From contig NC_068999.1 in NCBI RefSeq assembly GCF_001194135.2, positions 51,966,758-52,030,757 of the forward strand: DNA of 64,000 bases. Direction: 5' to 3'. The translations under genes and the position numbers were made by a program. Shown here piece by piece: positions 1 through 13,917 of the stretch. The notes beneath the pieces were generated by a model. The model worked only from the letters and a program-made list of their open reading frames with translations. It was not told the origin of the DNA and ran no database searches. Numbering within the stretch: the first letter of the stretch is position 1; each line of letters begins with the position of its first letter. The stretch comes from Octopus bimaculoides (Eukaryota).

Positions 1-88
1 AGTAAAAGACACTTGCCCATGGTGCCACGCAGTGGGACTGAACCCAAAACATGTGGTTGAGAAGCAGGCTTCTTTCCACACAGCCACA
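1..88 (-). mobile_element. CORE-like tRNA SINE (family A) head
   Basis: Reverse complement of GTGGCTGTGTGG...GGTTCAGTCCCACTGCGTGGCACCATGGGCAAGTGTC. Confidence 0.8.
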
Positions 89-1400
89 ATTGAATGCTTC
101 TGTTTCCCTCTTTTTATATATTTACCTCTTGATCTATTGCTGTTATAAGAAAATGTGCAGAAACATGGTGGTAGTCTTTTGCCAGATCAGAATGTCATTC
201 TATTAGTTTTTACTCATCTAAAGAACTGAGTTCACCATTAGAAACTAACTAAGAAGTACTCAGTTATCCATTATCTCTGCTGTTTATAGTAGTACTGAAC
301 TAATCCCTACAGTATTTATCTACCTTTCCATCAACAGGTTATTAATAGTAAAGTATCTCTATTCTGAATAATCCTTGTCAAATTATATTCAGTAATGATT
401 CTTCATCCAGAGGACAGTAACCCTTATAATTCAATCAATTATATCTCTGCTCCTAATTCTACAAATATTGATTCTACAAAATTTTCAGGACAAGTATTGT
501 AGAGTTGGGTGCCTTGTATTTTCAGTTGAAGTTATGATTTTATTACTATTATTATTATAGCATTGCTTGCTGTTCTTTCCTCTAAATTCTTAAATTTCAT
601 GTATTATATATAACACAATGATAAATGCTGTACTTTTATTATAAAATGACAGCAATGGTCTATTAGGTTGTTTTGAAGGATAGTATTCTTTATTATGGAA
701 ATTATGTTAAGAAAAAAATTCTTGAAAATACTTCATCTATAAATAATAGTAATTTATCATGGGGAAAAATAACCTGCAGCATTCATTTTTTTTTTTTTTC
801 TTCTACTCTCCTTTTGAAGATTGTTGCTTGAAACTTATATCTGAAAAATATCATAAATTTAAACAGTCTCTATCTTTGACTAAAATTAAGATTGCAAACC
901 ATAAATTTCTAATCAATAATTCCAATAAATTTTTCAGATTAGGCAAAAGAATCACCACCTTTAACAAAGGTGAAGTGCAGAGGTGTAACCTTTTATTAAA
1001 AACCAACATTTCCCAATAACAATAGATTTCTTTTCTTTCTTCTACTCTATAAACAAACAGTACTCATTAGAATTATTTTTTTTACAGATTTTTAGATTCT
1101 AAATTTATAATAAATTTCCATGAGTGTTCTAGCATGACTATATATATTCCCCAAGAATAATTATCTGGGAAAGTATTTTCTTCTACTTTAGCTTTAATGA
1201 ATCAAAAATATTCAATTCAAAAGAGAAAAAAAATTGTAATTATTTCTGTCATAGTTGTGAAGAATAAGGTTATTTTAATGAGAAATAAAATAAGTTGTGA
1301 GATGGCTGCCTTTCTGAAAAGCATTATTAATGAATGTAAAACAGTCAAACTCTTCCACATACTGAAGTATGCATACTTGCATAGAATGCAAGTTCTATGT

Positions 1401-1621
1401 AATATTGGTTTCAAATTTTAATATGAGGCCAGCAATTTCAGGGGAGGGGTAAGTCAATTACATTGACCCCAGTGCTCAAATAGTGCGTATTTTATTGACC
1501 CCCAAAAGGATGAAAGGCAAAGTCGACCTCAATGAAATTTGAACTCAGAATGTAAAGACAGATGAAACGCTGCTAAACAATCTGCCTGGTGTGCTAACAA
1601 TTCTGCCAGCTCTCCACTTTA
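1401..1621 (-). mobile_element. tRNA SINE family B (GTCGACTTTGCCTTTCATCCTTT central domain)
   Basis: TTCTGAGTTCAAAT B box and a central domain shared by more than 15 copies in the window. Confidence 0.8.
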
Positions 1622-2053
1622 GTTCTATGGAATATTAATTAGTGATAAATTGTTTTGCTGTCCCTAATTAATTACATTCTATATTTCCAATAACGGCCAA
1701 GTTCATGCAGAAAGTAATAATTAACTTACATTGTTTACTTTCTTACTGTTCCGGAGTTCAAATCCTTATTTAGCTTCTTAGTAATTATCAGTATTCATTT
1801 GGGTTGTAAAAATTAACAGAAACTGCAAAAAGAAAAAAACCACATTTTACAAAAGAATAAAATCAGATGCACAGTAGCTCAAATATTTTCTGCCTTCTGT
1901 AATGGAATGAGAATGGGTACACATAGAATATAGCCTAACTTGTTAATGTATTAACTTATATGTAATTATTACTGTTACAGCTGTAGTGTGAGGCTTTCCT
2001 TTTTCTTTTTTTTAAATGTCAACTTAAGATCTAGTACAAGTCTTGCAAGTTAC

Positions 2054-2248
2054 TTGATCCTGCTGGTGCTGGTGCCATGTAAAAATCACTCAGTTCACTT
2101 TGCAGGGTGGTTGGTGTTAGGAAAAGCATTCAGCTATTAAAAACCATGCCAAAACAGGCACTATAGCCTGGGGTAGTCTTGTACCCGGTCAGCCCCTGTC
2201 AAACCATCCAACCCTTGCCAGTATGGAAGGCAGATGTTAAACAATGAC
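2054..2248 (+). mobile_element. RTE-tail SINE (family C) 3' fragment
   Basis: GGTTGGTGTTAGGAAAAGCATTCAGC...ATGGAAGGCAGATGTTAAAC. Confidence 0.68.
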
Positions 2249-2506
2249 ATACATACATAAAATATGCAAATTGGTAGCTTCTGAGTACTGGATTTGATGT
2301 GGATTGGCAACTTGTTTCACTGAGATTGGTTAAATGATGTAGACACCTGATGAAACCCCAGTAAGGATTGAACATCAATTAAGGCTATTCATCATTTTCT
2401 TAATCTACAGAGAAATAAGGAAATTTGACATGTTTGTACATCTTCCATATAAATTTGTGTGTGTGTGCAGAATGACAACAAATTAATATAACATCTTTGT
2501 GATTGA

Positions 2507-3912
<1,406 letters not shown>

Positions 3913-3976
3913 CTGTTCCGTCGAGTGGCTGCTGCATTACCTGGAATGGAGCAGGAAACCAAGAAACCAGGAGAAA
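3913..3976 (+). CDS. Rab6: Rab6 penultimate coding exon (LFRRVAAALPGMEQETKKPGE + A), phase 0 to phase 1
   Basis: TTTTTCAG acceptor (AG 3911-3912); in frame with the previous exon; LFRRVAAALPGME is diagnostic of Rab6; followed by GTATCCTT. Confidence 0.95.
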
Positions 3977-3987
3977 GTATCCTTGCT
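3977..3987 (+). promoter_or_regulatory. U12-type 5' splice site GTATCCTTGCT
   Basis: Matches the RTATCCTT consensus exactly at the exon boundary. Confidence 0.88.
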
Positions 3988-4504
3988 TCAAATATTTTAG
4001 CAAAGCTTCAAATTATTATTGTTCATTTTTGTTTCACATGGACCACATATTCTAGCTTCCCTTTCCCTCCCTCCCCTCTTGCCTCTTCTTTTGCTTCTGT
4101 GTATCCTTGCTAAAATATAACTGCTTTCTATATAACTCTTTTTATCATCTTCACCTTGAATCAGTGGCTGATAGTTTTGTTCCCTCACCTGTTTTTCCCT
4201 CAACCACCAATGTTTTCTTGGAGCTGTTGTGATTTTACAATTCCATTCTCTTAACATATTTCATTTCCATTGCATGCTTTCTGTTCTTATTGTGTTCTTT
4301 TACATTTGTTTCATTTTTATTCACTTTTCCGTTGAGTTATTCATTTTTACCTTTTATGTATCATAATAAGAAAGAATCCATAATAGTTAACACACACACA
4401 CACATGCTAAGCATTACCATCCATAATAGTTACAATGGTAAACCATTGTGACCACTGTTCTTAGTGTGTAAGCCTTCAACAGAAATTCAGGGCTTTTTTA
4501 TTTA

Positions 4505-4535
<31 letters not shown>

Positions 4536-5144
4536 TGCTTAAAATTTATCCAACTTAATTTAATTCTTTAATCATTTCTTTTTGATCTCTGCTGTTTCCA
4601 AGTAACTTTTATATTTTCGTGGCTTTTTTCGTTTTTCTAAGAAGGTGTTAGTCTTTTGTTAAGGAATAATAGAACAGAATAATTTAAGATATCATCATTC
4701 ATTCAATTGAACAGGAGATGTTAATCACTTTCATTAGCATAAGTTGACAAATAAGGCAACAAATGTATGCTATGTTCAAGATGGAAAGATATTTAATAAC
4801 GCATTGTTCTAAAATTCATCTATTCTACATTAACACCTTGTGAAATCAATTCAATTTTGATAGAGGTTTCACTAAATAATACACCCACCTTCCTTCTCTC
4901 TTTCTCTCAGAGCCTTACAAATAGTCTATCTTATCCATTATGTGATCTGTTCACTAGTTGTTAATAATTATATTGCTATCAATACATCAAAGTGGTTTGA
5001 ACTGTTTATTAAGAACCAATAAATTCTGAAAAACTTAAATGTCACAGGCTTAGATGCACTCCTTTTCACAATCAAGCCAAACCATCTCAGCACAAGATTT
5101 CCTTCTTTTCTATACATGTTGAACAATTCAAAAGAAACTCCAAG

Positions 5145-5338
5145 TTCGTGATGCCTAGCAAAATGCTTAGCGGCATTTTGTTTGACTTTACGGTTCTGAG
5201 TCCAAATGCTGCTGGGGTCGACTTTACCTTTCATCCTTTCAGGGTCAATAAATTAAGTACCAGTTAAGTATTATGGTCAGTGTGATTGACTTACCCCCTC
5301 CCTTCAAATTTCTGGCCTTGTACCTATAGTAGGAGGGA
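5145..5338 (+). mobile_element. Family B SINE
   Basis: GTCGACTTTACCTTTCATCCTTTCAGGGTCAATAAATTAAGTACCAG. Confidence 0.8.
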
Positions 5339-5449
5339 TTATTATTGTTATTTTGTCTCTGGTCAGCCCTAACTGAGAAAACCTGTGATCAAAGACATTC
5401 CAGTCATGACCATCCTGGCTTTCTCTTGGTCATTATATAGCTAAGATTT

Positions 5450-5700
5450 ACTTACTTAACCTCTTCATTTCCTATGGAGCACAGGCCACCAACAACTTGT
5501 CTCCACTGTTCTCAGTCAACTCTGGACTGTCTTTTCTGCTTCTCTCCAGTTGGATCTCTGATTTTCCAACCCTGCCTCAATATCCCACCTCCAACTATCT
5601 TATGGCTATCCTGTCTTCTGCCTCCTTTGTGGATTCCAGGCCAGTGTCTATGGTCTTAGGTCTGCTCAGTTAGGACTTATCTGTTGTGAGTCTCTGAACA
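5450..5700 (-). mobile_element. Decayed RTE-clade LINE 3' end
   Basis: Minus-strand translation with stops and a frameshift: LAWNPQRRQKTG*P*DSWRWDIE...WRQVVGGLCSIG, typical of the RTE ORF2 terminus. Confidence 0.7.
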
Positions 5701-5734
5701 CTGATTGGTTCATTACTGTATTTAAGATATACAT

Positions 5735-5906
5735 TGTCCACTCTGCTGGGTGGTCGGTATTAGGAAGGGTATCCAACTGTAAAAACCATGCCAAAACAGA
5801 CAGAAGTCAGGTGCAGGCTCATGCCTGGCCAGTTCCTGTCCAACTGTTCCTGTCCAACCCATGCCAGCATGGAAGGTGGATGTTAAACAATGATGATGAT
5901 GATGAC
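5735..5906 (+). mobile_element. Family C 3' fragment with (GAT)n tail
   Basis: TTAGGAAGGGTATCCAAC...GTTAAACAATGATGATGAT. Confidence 0.72.
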
Positions 5907-7488
5907 ATTGATAGTTAAGAGGAAGTGTAATGACAAATGAAATAGGAGATAGTGTACAAGTCCTTCATATTTGGTCAAAGTTGTTACCTGGCTTTGGTGT
6001 GCATAATTAGATCACTATAGTGATGGTATGGTATAATCTAATTGAAAAACCACAGAAGACCAAGTTGTTAGCCACAGAATTGAACATGTAGGTAACTCCA
6101 TTGACCAACCAACTGAAATTCTCCTCCATCATTGAGAATCACTAGAGAAGCCATTTAATCCATTATTCTACACTAAACATGATTAACCTTTTGGTGGCCA
6201 TATTTGTAATGAAATACCCTTCCTAAGGGTTTCAGATCTTGCAAAGTTGGAAAAATTTATTAAAATAATCTAAATCTGTCGTTATTAAACTAGTATTTGG
6301 AACACAACTTGCAAAAAATTCTTACATGAAATTATGATGATAGGGTTTTAAATATGAACTGTTTAAAATGGATGATTTTCTATTAAAAAAAAACCCAGTC
6401 TGATGCAGATTAGTATCAAATGTGCTAATAAATATTTATAAAAAGCATTAAAAAGTATTTTAAACTAAAAAGTAAAAAAAAATATTTTTATCAAAGATGT
6501 TTTTTTTGTTGTTTTTTTTGTCTTACAAAATCTCATTACCTCCTCTTCAACATCACTATACTCCTGCCTCTTCTTATTACTCATAGCATATAATCTGTGT
6601 TGCTTTCGTTTGGATGTTTCATTGTTTCAAAAAGCTATCCAAGTCAAATATGAAGCTATATTACATCAATATGTCTGGCTTGCTGAAGGTCAAGCAATTA
6701 GTTAGAATTTAAAGAACATTTCGCAATACTGTCTATTTCCAGGGTGTCTGAGTTGTGTAAGTGTTGCAGCTGAATGCCATTCCTGCTAAAATGAGTTTAG
6801 ATAAGCCGATTTCTCTTGTTGAAGAGACATTTACTGTAGTTCTTATTATATTTTATTTCTCTTTATAAAGTAAGTTTTAGTAATGTGCAGATATACGTCT
6901 TCCTGTAATTTCTAAGCTGATTTACATGTGTTTTACCTGTTTGTATTGATGTTAATAGAGTACAGGTGCTCACACACACACACACTTTTAATCATACACA
7001 TGTGTGTGTATATATATATATATGAAGGCTCATTGATTCATATACTGTCACCAGCATCTTTGGATTTAATGAGCTTGACAACTTAGTTATAAATAGCTAC
7101 ATCGTATTACTGTAAATAGAAAGCAAACCATGTATTTACTTTTACAAGGGAAAGGTTGACAGTGACTTCAAATTTTCTCTACTTGTTGGCTTCGTCAGAT
7201 TGTCATGAGGAAACCAATGACTAGGGAAAATTTGAAGTCACCATCAACTTTTCCTTCTAAAAATAAATGTGATGCTCTACTACTTAAATGTATTGAGTGG
7301 TCATTCAATTAATGTGTGATTGCTTTTGTATATAACTATGCATAAAAATTACATAGATATATATATATATATGCACACACACAAACACATACCATGCAGG
7401 CATAGAAAACGGAGATTAAAGGATGATGATGATGATGATACATATACATACATGTGTGTGTGCATATGTATATATATTAATTGCTTTA

Positions 7489-7640
7489 TCTGAGTGGTTG
7501 GCGTTAGGAAGGGCATCCAGCTGTAGAAACTCTGCCAAATTAGATTGGAGCCTGGTGTTGCCATCCGGTTTCACCAGTCCTCAGTCAAATCGTCCAACCC
7601 ATGCTAGCATGGAAAGCGGACGTTAAACGATGATGATGAT
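7489..7640 (+). mobile_element. Family C 3' fragment, young
   Basis: Near identical to the 40921 copy; (GAT)n tail. Confidence 0.85.
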
Positions 7641-7889
7641 GCTGATATGTATATAAAAAATGTGAATAGATAGGGATAGCATATCCAGGCGGGTACCATT
7701 CAAGCACTTTACTAAATGGATATCTCGCAGTGTGGTTTACATTTACATCCAGTTTGTTCATCTGGTTAAGAAGCCTATGCAGCTTTATTCAAGATGTTGC
7801 CACTGTTGTAGTTTGAAGTCAACTAAAAGTATGAGGGTTCAGGTGGTATTATATTTGGTACGAGACAATAGTTTTTTTATATATATATA

Positions 7890-8222
7890 TAGGAGTAGCT
7901 GTGTGGTAAGAAGCTTGCTTCTCAACCACATGGTTCTGGGTTCAGTCCCACTGTGTGACACCTTGGGCAAGTGTCTTCTACTGTAGCCATGGGCCGGCCA
8001 AAGCCTTGTGAGTGGATTTGGTAGACAGAAACTGGAAGAAGCCCATCGTGTATGTATATATATGTATATATTTATATAACCTAGCGGTTCAGCAAAAGAG
8101 ACCAATTGAATAAGTAAGAAGCTTACAAAGAATAAGTCCTGTGGTTGATTTATTCGACTAAAGGTGGTGCTCCAGCATGGCTGAAGTCAAATGACTAAAA
8201 CAAGTAAAAGAATAAAAGAATA
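7890..8222 (+). mobile_element. Family A SINE, full length with GAAACAAGTAAAAGAATA-type tail
   Basis: tRNA head, CCTTGGGCAAGTGTCTT core, TA/TG tract and tail. Confidence 0.82.
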
Positions 8223-9141
8223 CATACAGTTAACAGCTAAAATTTTGATATCAGCTTAATATACTTGTAAACATTAATCTGCAATTGAAAGCAAACAAAT
8301 CCGATGATGGGATTAGAACCATGTATCTGAATGTTGTAAGTATAACCAGTTGCACATTTACTGAGTAAGCAATTGACGCATGGTTCAATTCTTATCAAGG
8401 AATTGTTTCTTCTTCGTTTCTTTTAGTTCCCAAATTGGTGTTTACAAATGTATATAGTGTCTGTGTATATATTCCAGTCAACTAAAGCAAAGCACATACT
8501 TTATCAAAGCCAAAGCAGGATTCAGAAATTAAATGAACTCTGCTTGTTATTGTCGTTGTCTGCTGTTGCATCTTAACCACTCGTTCCACTCGTTCCACTC
8601 TACCTTACAGAACAGTAACACTTGGCTGACAGTTTTTTAATCACTCGATTAAAACAAAAACCCAGATTAACAAGAATTGCGCTTTATTTTTATTTTTTGT
8701 AATTATTTCATTGTTGAATTTATTTTAATTCTCACCTCTTCTTGTTTTTGTTCTTTGCTTTGTTTTGATTTTGTTTTTTTTTTATTGGTGGGGGCAGGGT
8801 TAATGTTTTGTGAATTTTTTTTTTNNNNNNNNNNNNNNNNNNNNNNNNNNNNNNNNNNNNNNNNNNNNNNNNNNNNNNNNNNNNNNNNNNNNNNNNNNNN
8901 NNNNNNNNNNNNNNNNNNNNNNNNNNNNNNNNNNNNNNNNNNNNNNNNNNNNNNNNNNNNNNNNNNNNNNNNNNNNNNNNNNNNNNNNNNNNNNNNNNNN
9001 NNNNNNNNNNNNNNNNNNNNNNNNNNNNNNNNNNNNNNNNNNNNNNNNNNNNNNNNNNNNNNNNNNNNNNNNNNNNNNNNNNNNNNNNNNNNNNNNNNNN
9101 NNNNNNTATATATATATATATATATACACACAAACATTTGC

Positions 9142-9198
<57 letters not shown>

Positions 9199-9626
9199 TG
9201 TCTTTGTGTCTATGCTTGTATACAATAGTATACATATATATAAAACAAACTTACTTTTTCTTCCTATCTTTCTCATGTAAATAAAAATCTTGTGTACGAA
9301 ACCTATATTTTATGTTCCCATCCTACTTTGATATTAGTGTTACTTAGTAGTAGTCTGCTAGTTGTGTAGCAATGATAGACAGCGTGTATCACTGTTATTA
9401 TGACTGGATGTTTCCAAACTAAGTCAGAGAAGGAAATGTTGCACTGATGAGACTGACAGGAGGAAGTCATCCTCACTCTGGGGACCTGGCCCGAATGCTT
9501 GCAACAGAACGGTGTCTGCTGAAAGCATTCAAGGGCCTGAATGGTTAAGATGCCAAACCAGGCAACAGGTCAAGTCTACCACTCAAAATTAATTCTGTCT
9601 TCGTTTCTTAATCCTAAATCAATTTG

Positions 9627-9659
<33 letters not shown>

Positions 9660-12600
9660 CATATATATTCTTATGTGAGACATATTGATCAAAGGTTGTA
9701 AACAACTTGCTATAAAAGATATACACTGAATTGAAATTCTGCACTCTTAAACATTTATTTACTCTGTTCCACTGAGAATCTGATTAAATCTGGGTGGGTT
9801 GAATGTAAAAGTACAGGTCAAGTTTTCACGCCAGTAATAGGAATATATATAGTTTCTATACAAGCAGAAAAATATAGATAGTTTCTAGTGTTTCTTTACC
9901 TAAGGCACTAAGCTAATCTCATGTGTCATTACTGGTCATATTCTCATTGATTTTTCTCCTGTTCAGTTTTGCCTTGTAATCATTACAGCTAATTATAATT
10001 ACTACAGGTTTTCTTTAAGGTTATTTCAATGTTAATTTTGTTTTCATGTTCAAGAGTAGAAATTATTGATTTATCAAGTTGTATGGTTATAATTTAAGTA
10101 GATAATTAAGAAAGTTACTCCTAGCCTACCTTTAAAAATTACATCTGTATATCCATATATATACATATATGTGCACGTGTGTGTATGTATATATGTATGT
10201 ATACAGATGTGTATATATGTGTGCATGTGTATAAAATTTCCTATTTTTTAGCTCCCTTACAGCTACTAACAAGTGATATATTAGTGTTTTTTTTTTATAT
10301 ATATAATTTTGGTTTGATACATTTTGACTAAGGTTACTAAGTATAAAGTAGCAATCATTCTGACCATTAAAGGTCATGGTTTATTGAGGTACTCATTGTT
10401 GGACTGACTAGAATAATCTATCAGAATAGATCAACTCTCAGAATAGGCAAAGTATTTATAAAAGAAGATCCCACTTACAAAAGATAAACTATAGTAATAT
10501 TGTCGGAAAGAGAAATTCTTCTTGATTACATATGTTGCACTGAAAATGTTGTGTATTTGAAGTGAACTTGTATAGCATCAAGCTTGTATATGACATTCTG
10601 TTAGGGAAATGTTCTTTGCTATTCCTGTATCTGTTTCATAGCATTGAATCTGTTTCATTTCTACATTGGTAGAATACAAAACGTCTTTAGGAATGTCAGT
10701 CTCAATGGGAGTAAAATGATCTGCACTTCGATCTCTTGCTTCATGCTTGTCTGCATTAGGGTGTTGTTGTTGTTGTTTTCTGTTAAAGAAAGTCAGAGTA
10801 ATTTAAATAGAACTCTATATACTCTGATTACTGATAAGTTTTAATTTCCTGAAGGTGTATGATAGTTTATATGCTGTAGCTGTTATAACTTATTCAGAAA
10901 GAAAACTGAGAGCTTTTTATCTGTAAATATGAAACAGATATTTGTTATTTCTTCCACAGCTATCCTTCATATTCTTCACAAATATCCTGAAGCCATTTCT
11001 TCATCCATAAGAGACTTGCTAGTCATCTTGCTTCTCTGTATGATTAATGATCTAAATCTGATGGTTGATTTCTATAACTAAGAGTCCTGACAAGATCTGG
11101 AACTTAGAAATTCTTTGTACTAGTTTCCTATCATATTTTACTGCTTTTGCCATCTATATTCAAGCTGTTGTAGAATATTAAATTATATTCATCTAAGCTA
11201 GCCTCCATTACTGTCCAATGCAGCTGTTACAGACCGAACACAAAGAATTTATACATAAAGAATTCTTAATTCTTTTCAATTATCCATCATACATGCTATC
11301 TATTTTGGGTCTTTTGTTTTGTTTTTTTACCTTTGTTTGTCCTATATTTCTATGTTTTCTCTTTTGCTTGTATAAATTCTTTATTTAGACATTTTTAAAA
11401 GACTGAAGAATCTTATTCTGATATACTCTTTCATTCATGGACGTATATTGACTTTGTTTTCTGCCTCAGAGTTTGAATTGCTTTGAATATGTTAGTGGCT
11501 TTGATTCAACAACATAAATTTGATACTATTTGACATAACTATTCTTTTCAAATTGACTTTTTTTCAGCTGACTTGATATTTCATCTGGTAAATTCTCTAG
11601 ACATCCCTTAGTTTGTTATAGAAATAAGTGTAAAAAATTAGTTGTCAGATGGTGTAATCAAATGTATAGTTTTTTCAGACACCAAAGGGAGATACACTCT
11701 ATCACTTTTCATTTTACTTTGCTGCAGATTCTTTGACAATGTCACATTGTTATTGATTAATTAATTTATTTTACTTTGGCTCTGTTTCATTCTATTGTAA
11801 CTATGCATGGCATCACTCTTATTTTATAGTTGAGAAGTTGGCAATAAGATCAATATCTTTTAGTAAAACATTTGCTCCAACAATTCATGCAAATGTCCAA
11901 ATTTCTGGCACCATTTAAGCAATGGCAAAACTTTTAAAAGCAGTGAAGAACAAAGACTAAAATAAAAGCATGCGTTACATTAAGCAATTGTGTCTGTGTT
12001 TTAGATTCCTTAGTTAATTAATATTTTGTGAAATATCTTAATACTCTTTACACCTTCATTGTCTACAATGTTTCAGGAGCCAGTGGGGGAAGCATTTATG
12101 TGTTCTGTCATCTTACTTGAATAGCAGTCAAGTCTCCCTTACAATGTAATCCTAAACAACAAGATGCCTTTGGTCATAAGTTTACCGGATCAGGGCTGAC
12201 TTATTCCGAAACAGCAACACTGTTTCAGCTAGGTATTTCATGTATTACTGTAATCAGATATTATGTGTTCAACACATATAAGAGAGATATCTAAAGACTG
12301 GAGAGCTACTCATTAAAATTTTGTGGGTATAATAAAACTCGGGTGTAAATAGTTGAGCATTTTTTTTTTTTTTTTTTTCGTGTTACCAATAAGCAAAAAG
12401 ATGATAATTACAGAATGCTGATTCTTGTATGAATGATTTACAAATTAAATCTCCTCAAAACAGCTGCTATGTCTGATTGTTTTGTCCTTTTATTTATTTT
12501 ATTATTCCCGCCACCCTCACAGATCTCCTTTTTTGTTGTTGAAATAATTATTAACTTTGCACCGCTCATACCTTACCCCCCCTCTTTGTTCCTCCATTCC

Positions 12601-13880
12601 ATCCATCAGTCCTTTATAGTTTGGCTTGTGTAACTTATTTGTATGCAGCTAATCTTCTTCACTCCATGCTATCTTGTTGCAACATTACATGTGTGTCATC
12701 AATAATTAGTTGTTTATCGTATTATAAACACTTCATACTACAACATATAATATGAATACTTGCTCTATTATATGTTTCTTTGTTTTTTTCTGTTTTCTAT
12801 TATCTATTAATTCATTTCTAATTTTGTACACCACTTTGGACTAAGGCAAGTGTTTTATATCTGCTCCTTATATATATTTAATCACACACTCATATACATG
12901 CATACAATTTGTTCATGACAATGATACCTTTACTTTCACTAATTTCCTTTGGTTTGCAGACTGAAGTGAAAGGAGAGAAAAAAAAAAGTACTAAAATATG
13001 CCATAGCTGTTATCTTTTACTATTCTTGTGTTGTCTTATATTTGAGCAGTGTTTGTTACATTGCCATGTGTTACTATTACATCACTATAGTTTCTTAACA
13101 GCTTCTCCGTGGTTAACTTGATGCATTTTTAGGTGTTTTTAGCAAAACAGTGTAAATAATAATTATGATGATGATGATGATAATAGAAAAAAATGAGAAA
13201 ACTGAAATTTTTACTTTTCGCTCCACTACATGTCGTCATTAACTTAATTTCCCCCCCCCCCAAAAAAAAAACCTGTTGGCAATTATCTTAACTAAACATT
13301 TCTTTTAGATTCAAAGTATGTCGATATCCCTGGTCGCAATGCCATTTCCTCAACCCTATTTGTGCTCATTGATTTACATAACGCTATATATGTGTATATA
13401 TGTTTATGTGTACGTACATATGTGTGGGTGTATATATCGTTTTTTTCCATTACACACACAGCACATATACAAACACTGTCAAATACAACAGCTGGGATTG
13501 TTAATTCACCCTACATATCTTTGCTTCTCATTTATGGATTCTGGATTTGCAGATTATTTATGAATCTGTTTCCAATTGGTATACAATTGAAAGAAGGGGA
13601 AAGGATGCACACCATGCATACACACACACACAGTGTCAGCTTTAAATTGTTATATGATAAGTGCTAACAAAACCTAACCTAAACTTGAAGACTTTTATGC
13701 AAATAATGCATATTCTATTAAATAAAAGCATCAAAATTTGCTACATTCAAATCTAATGTTCAAAATATACCCCACTCAGCTGCCACAAAGGTCCACAATC
13801 TTTTTGACCACTGACAAGCAAATTTTTTAAAACACACCCTTTATATATCAGAACAATGTAAAACATTCACAACGTATTTT

Positions 13881-13913
<33 letters not shown>

Positions 13914-13917
13914 TCAA

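Noticed and set aside
759-1019. ORF with RLGKRITTFNKGE, superficially like a duplicated Rab6 exon
   Set aside because: No conserved Rab motif; similarity not beyond chance.
6040-6200. Possible Penelope GIY-YIG C-terminal remnant
   Set aside because: Requires frameshifts; too weak to support by eye.
9445-9540. CTGATGA suggesting a hammerhead or C/D snoRNA
   Set aside because: No GAAA after the putative stem II, and no terminal stem around the C/D boxes.
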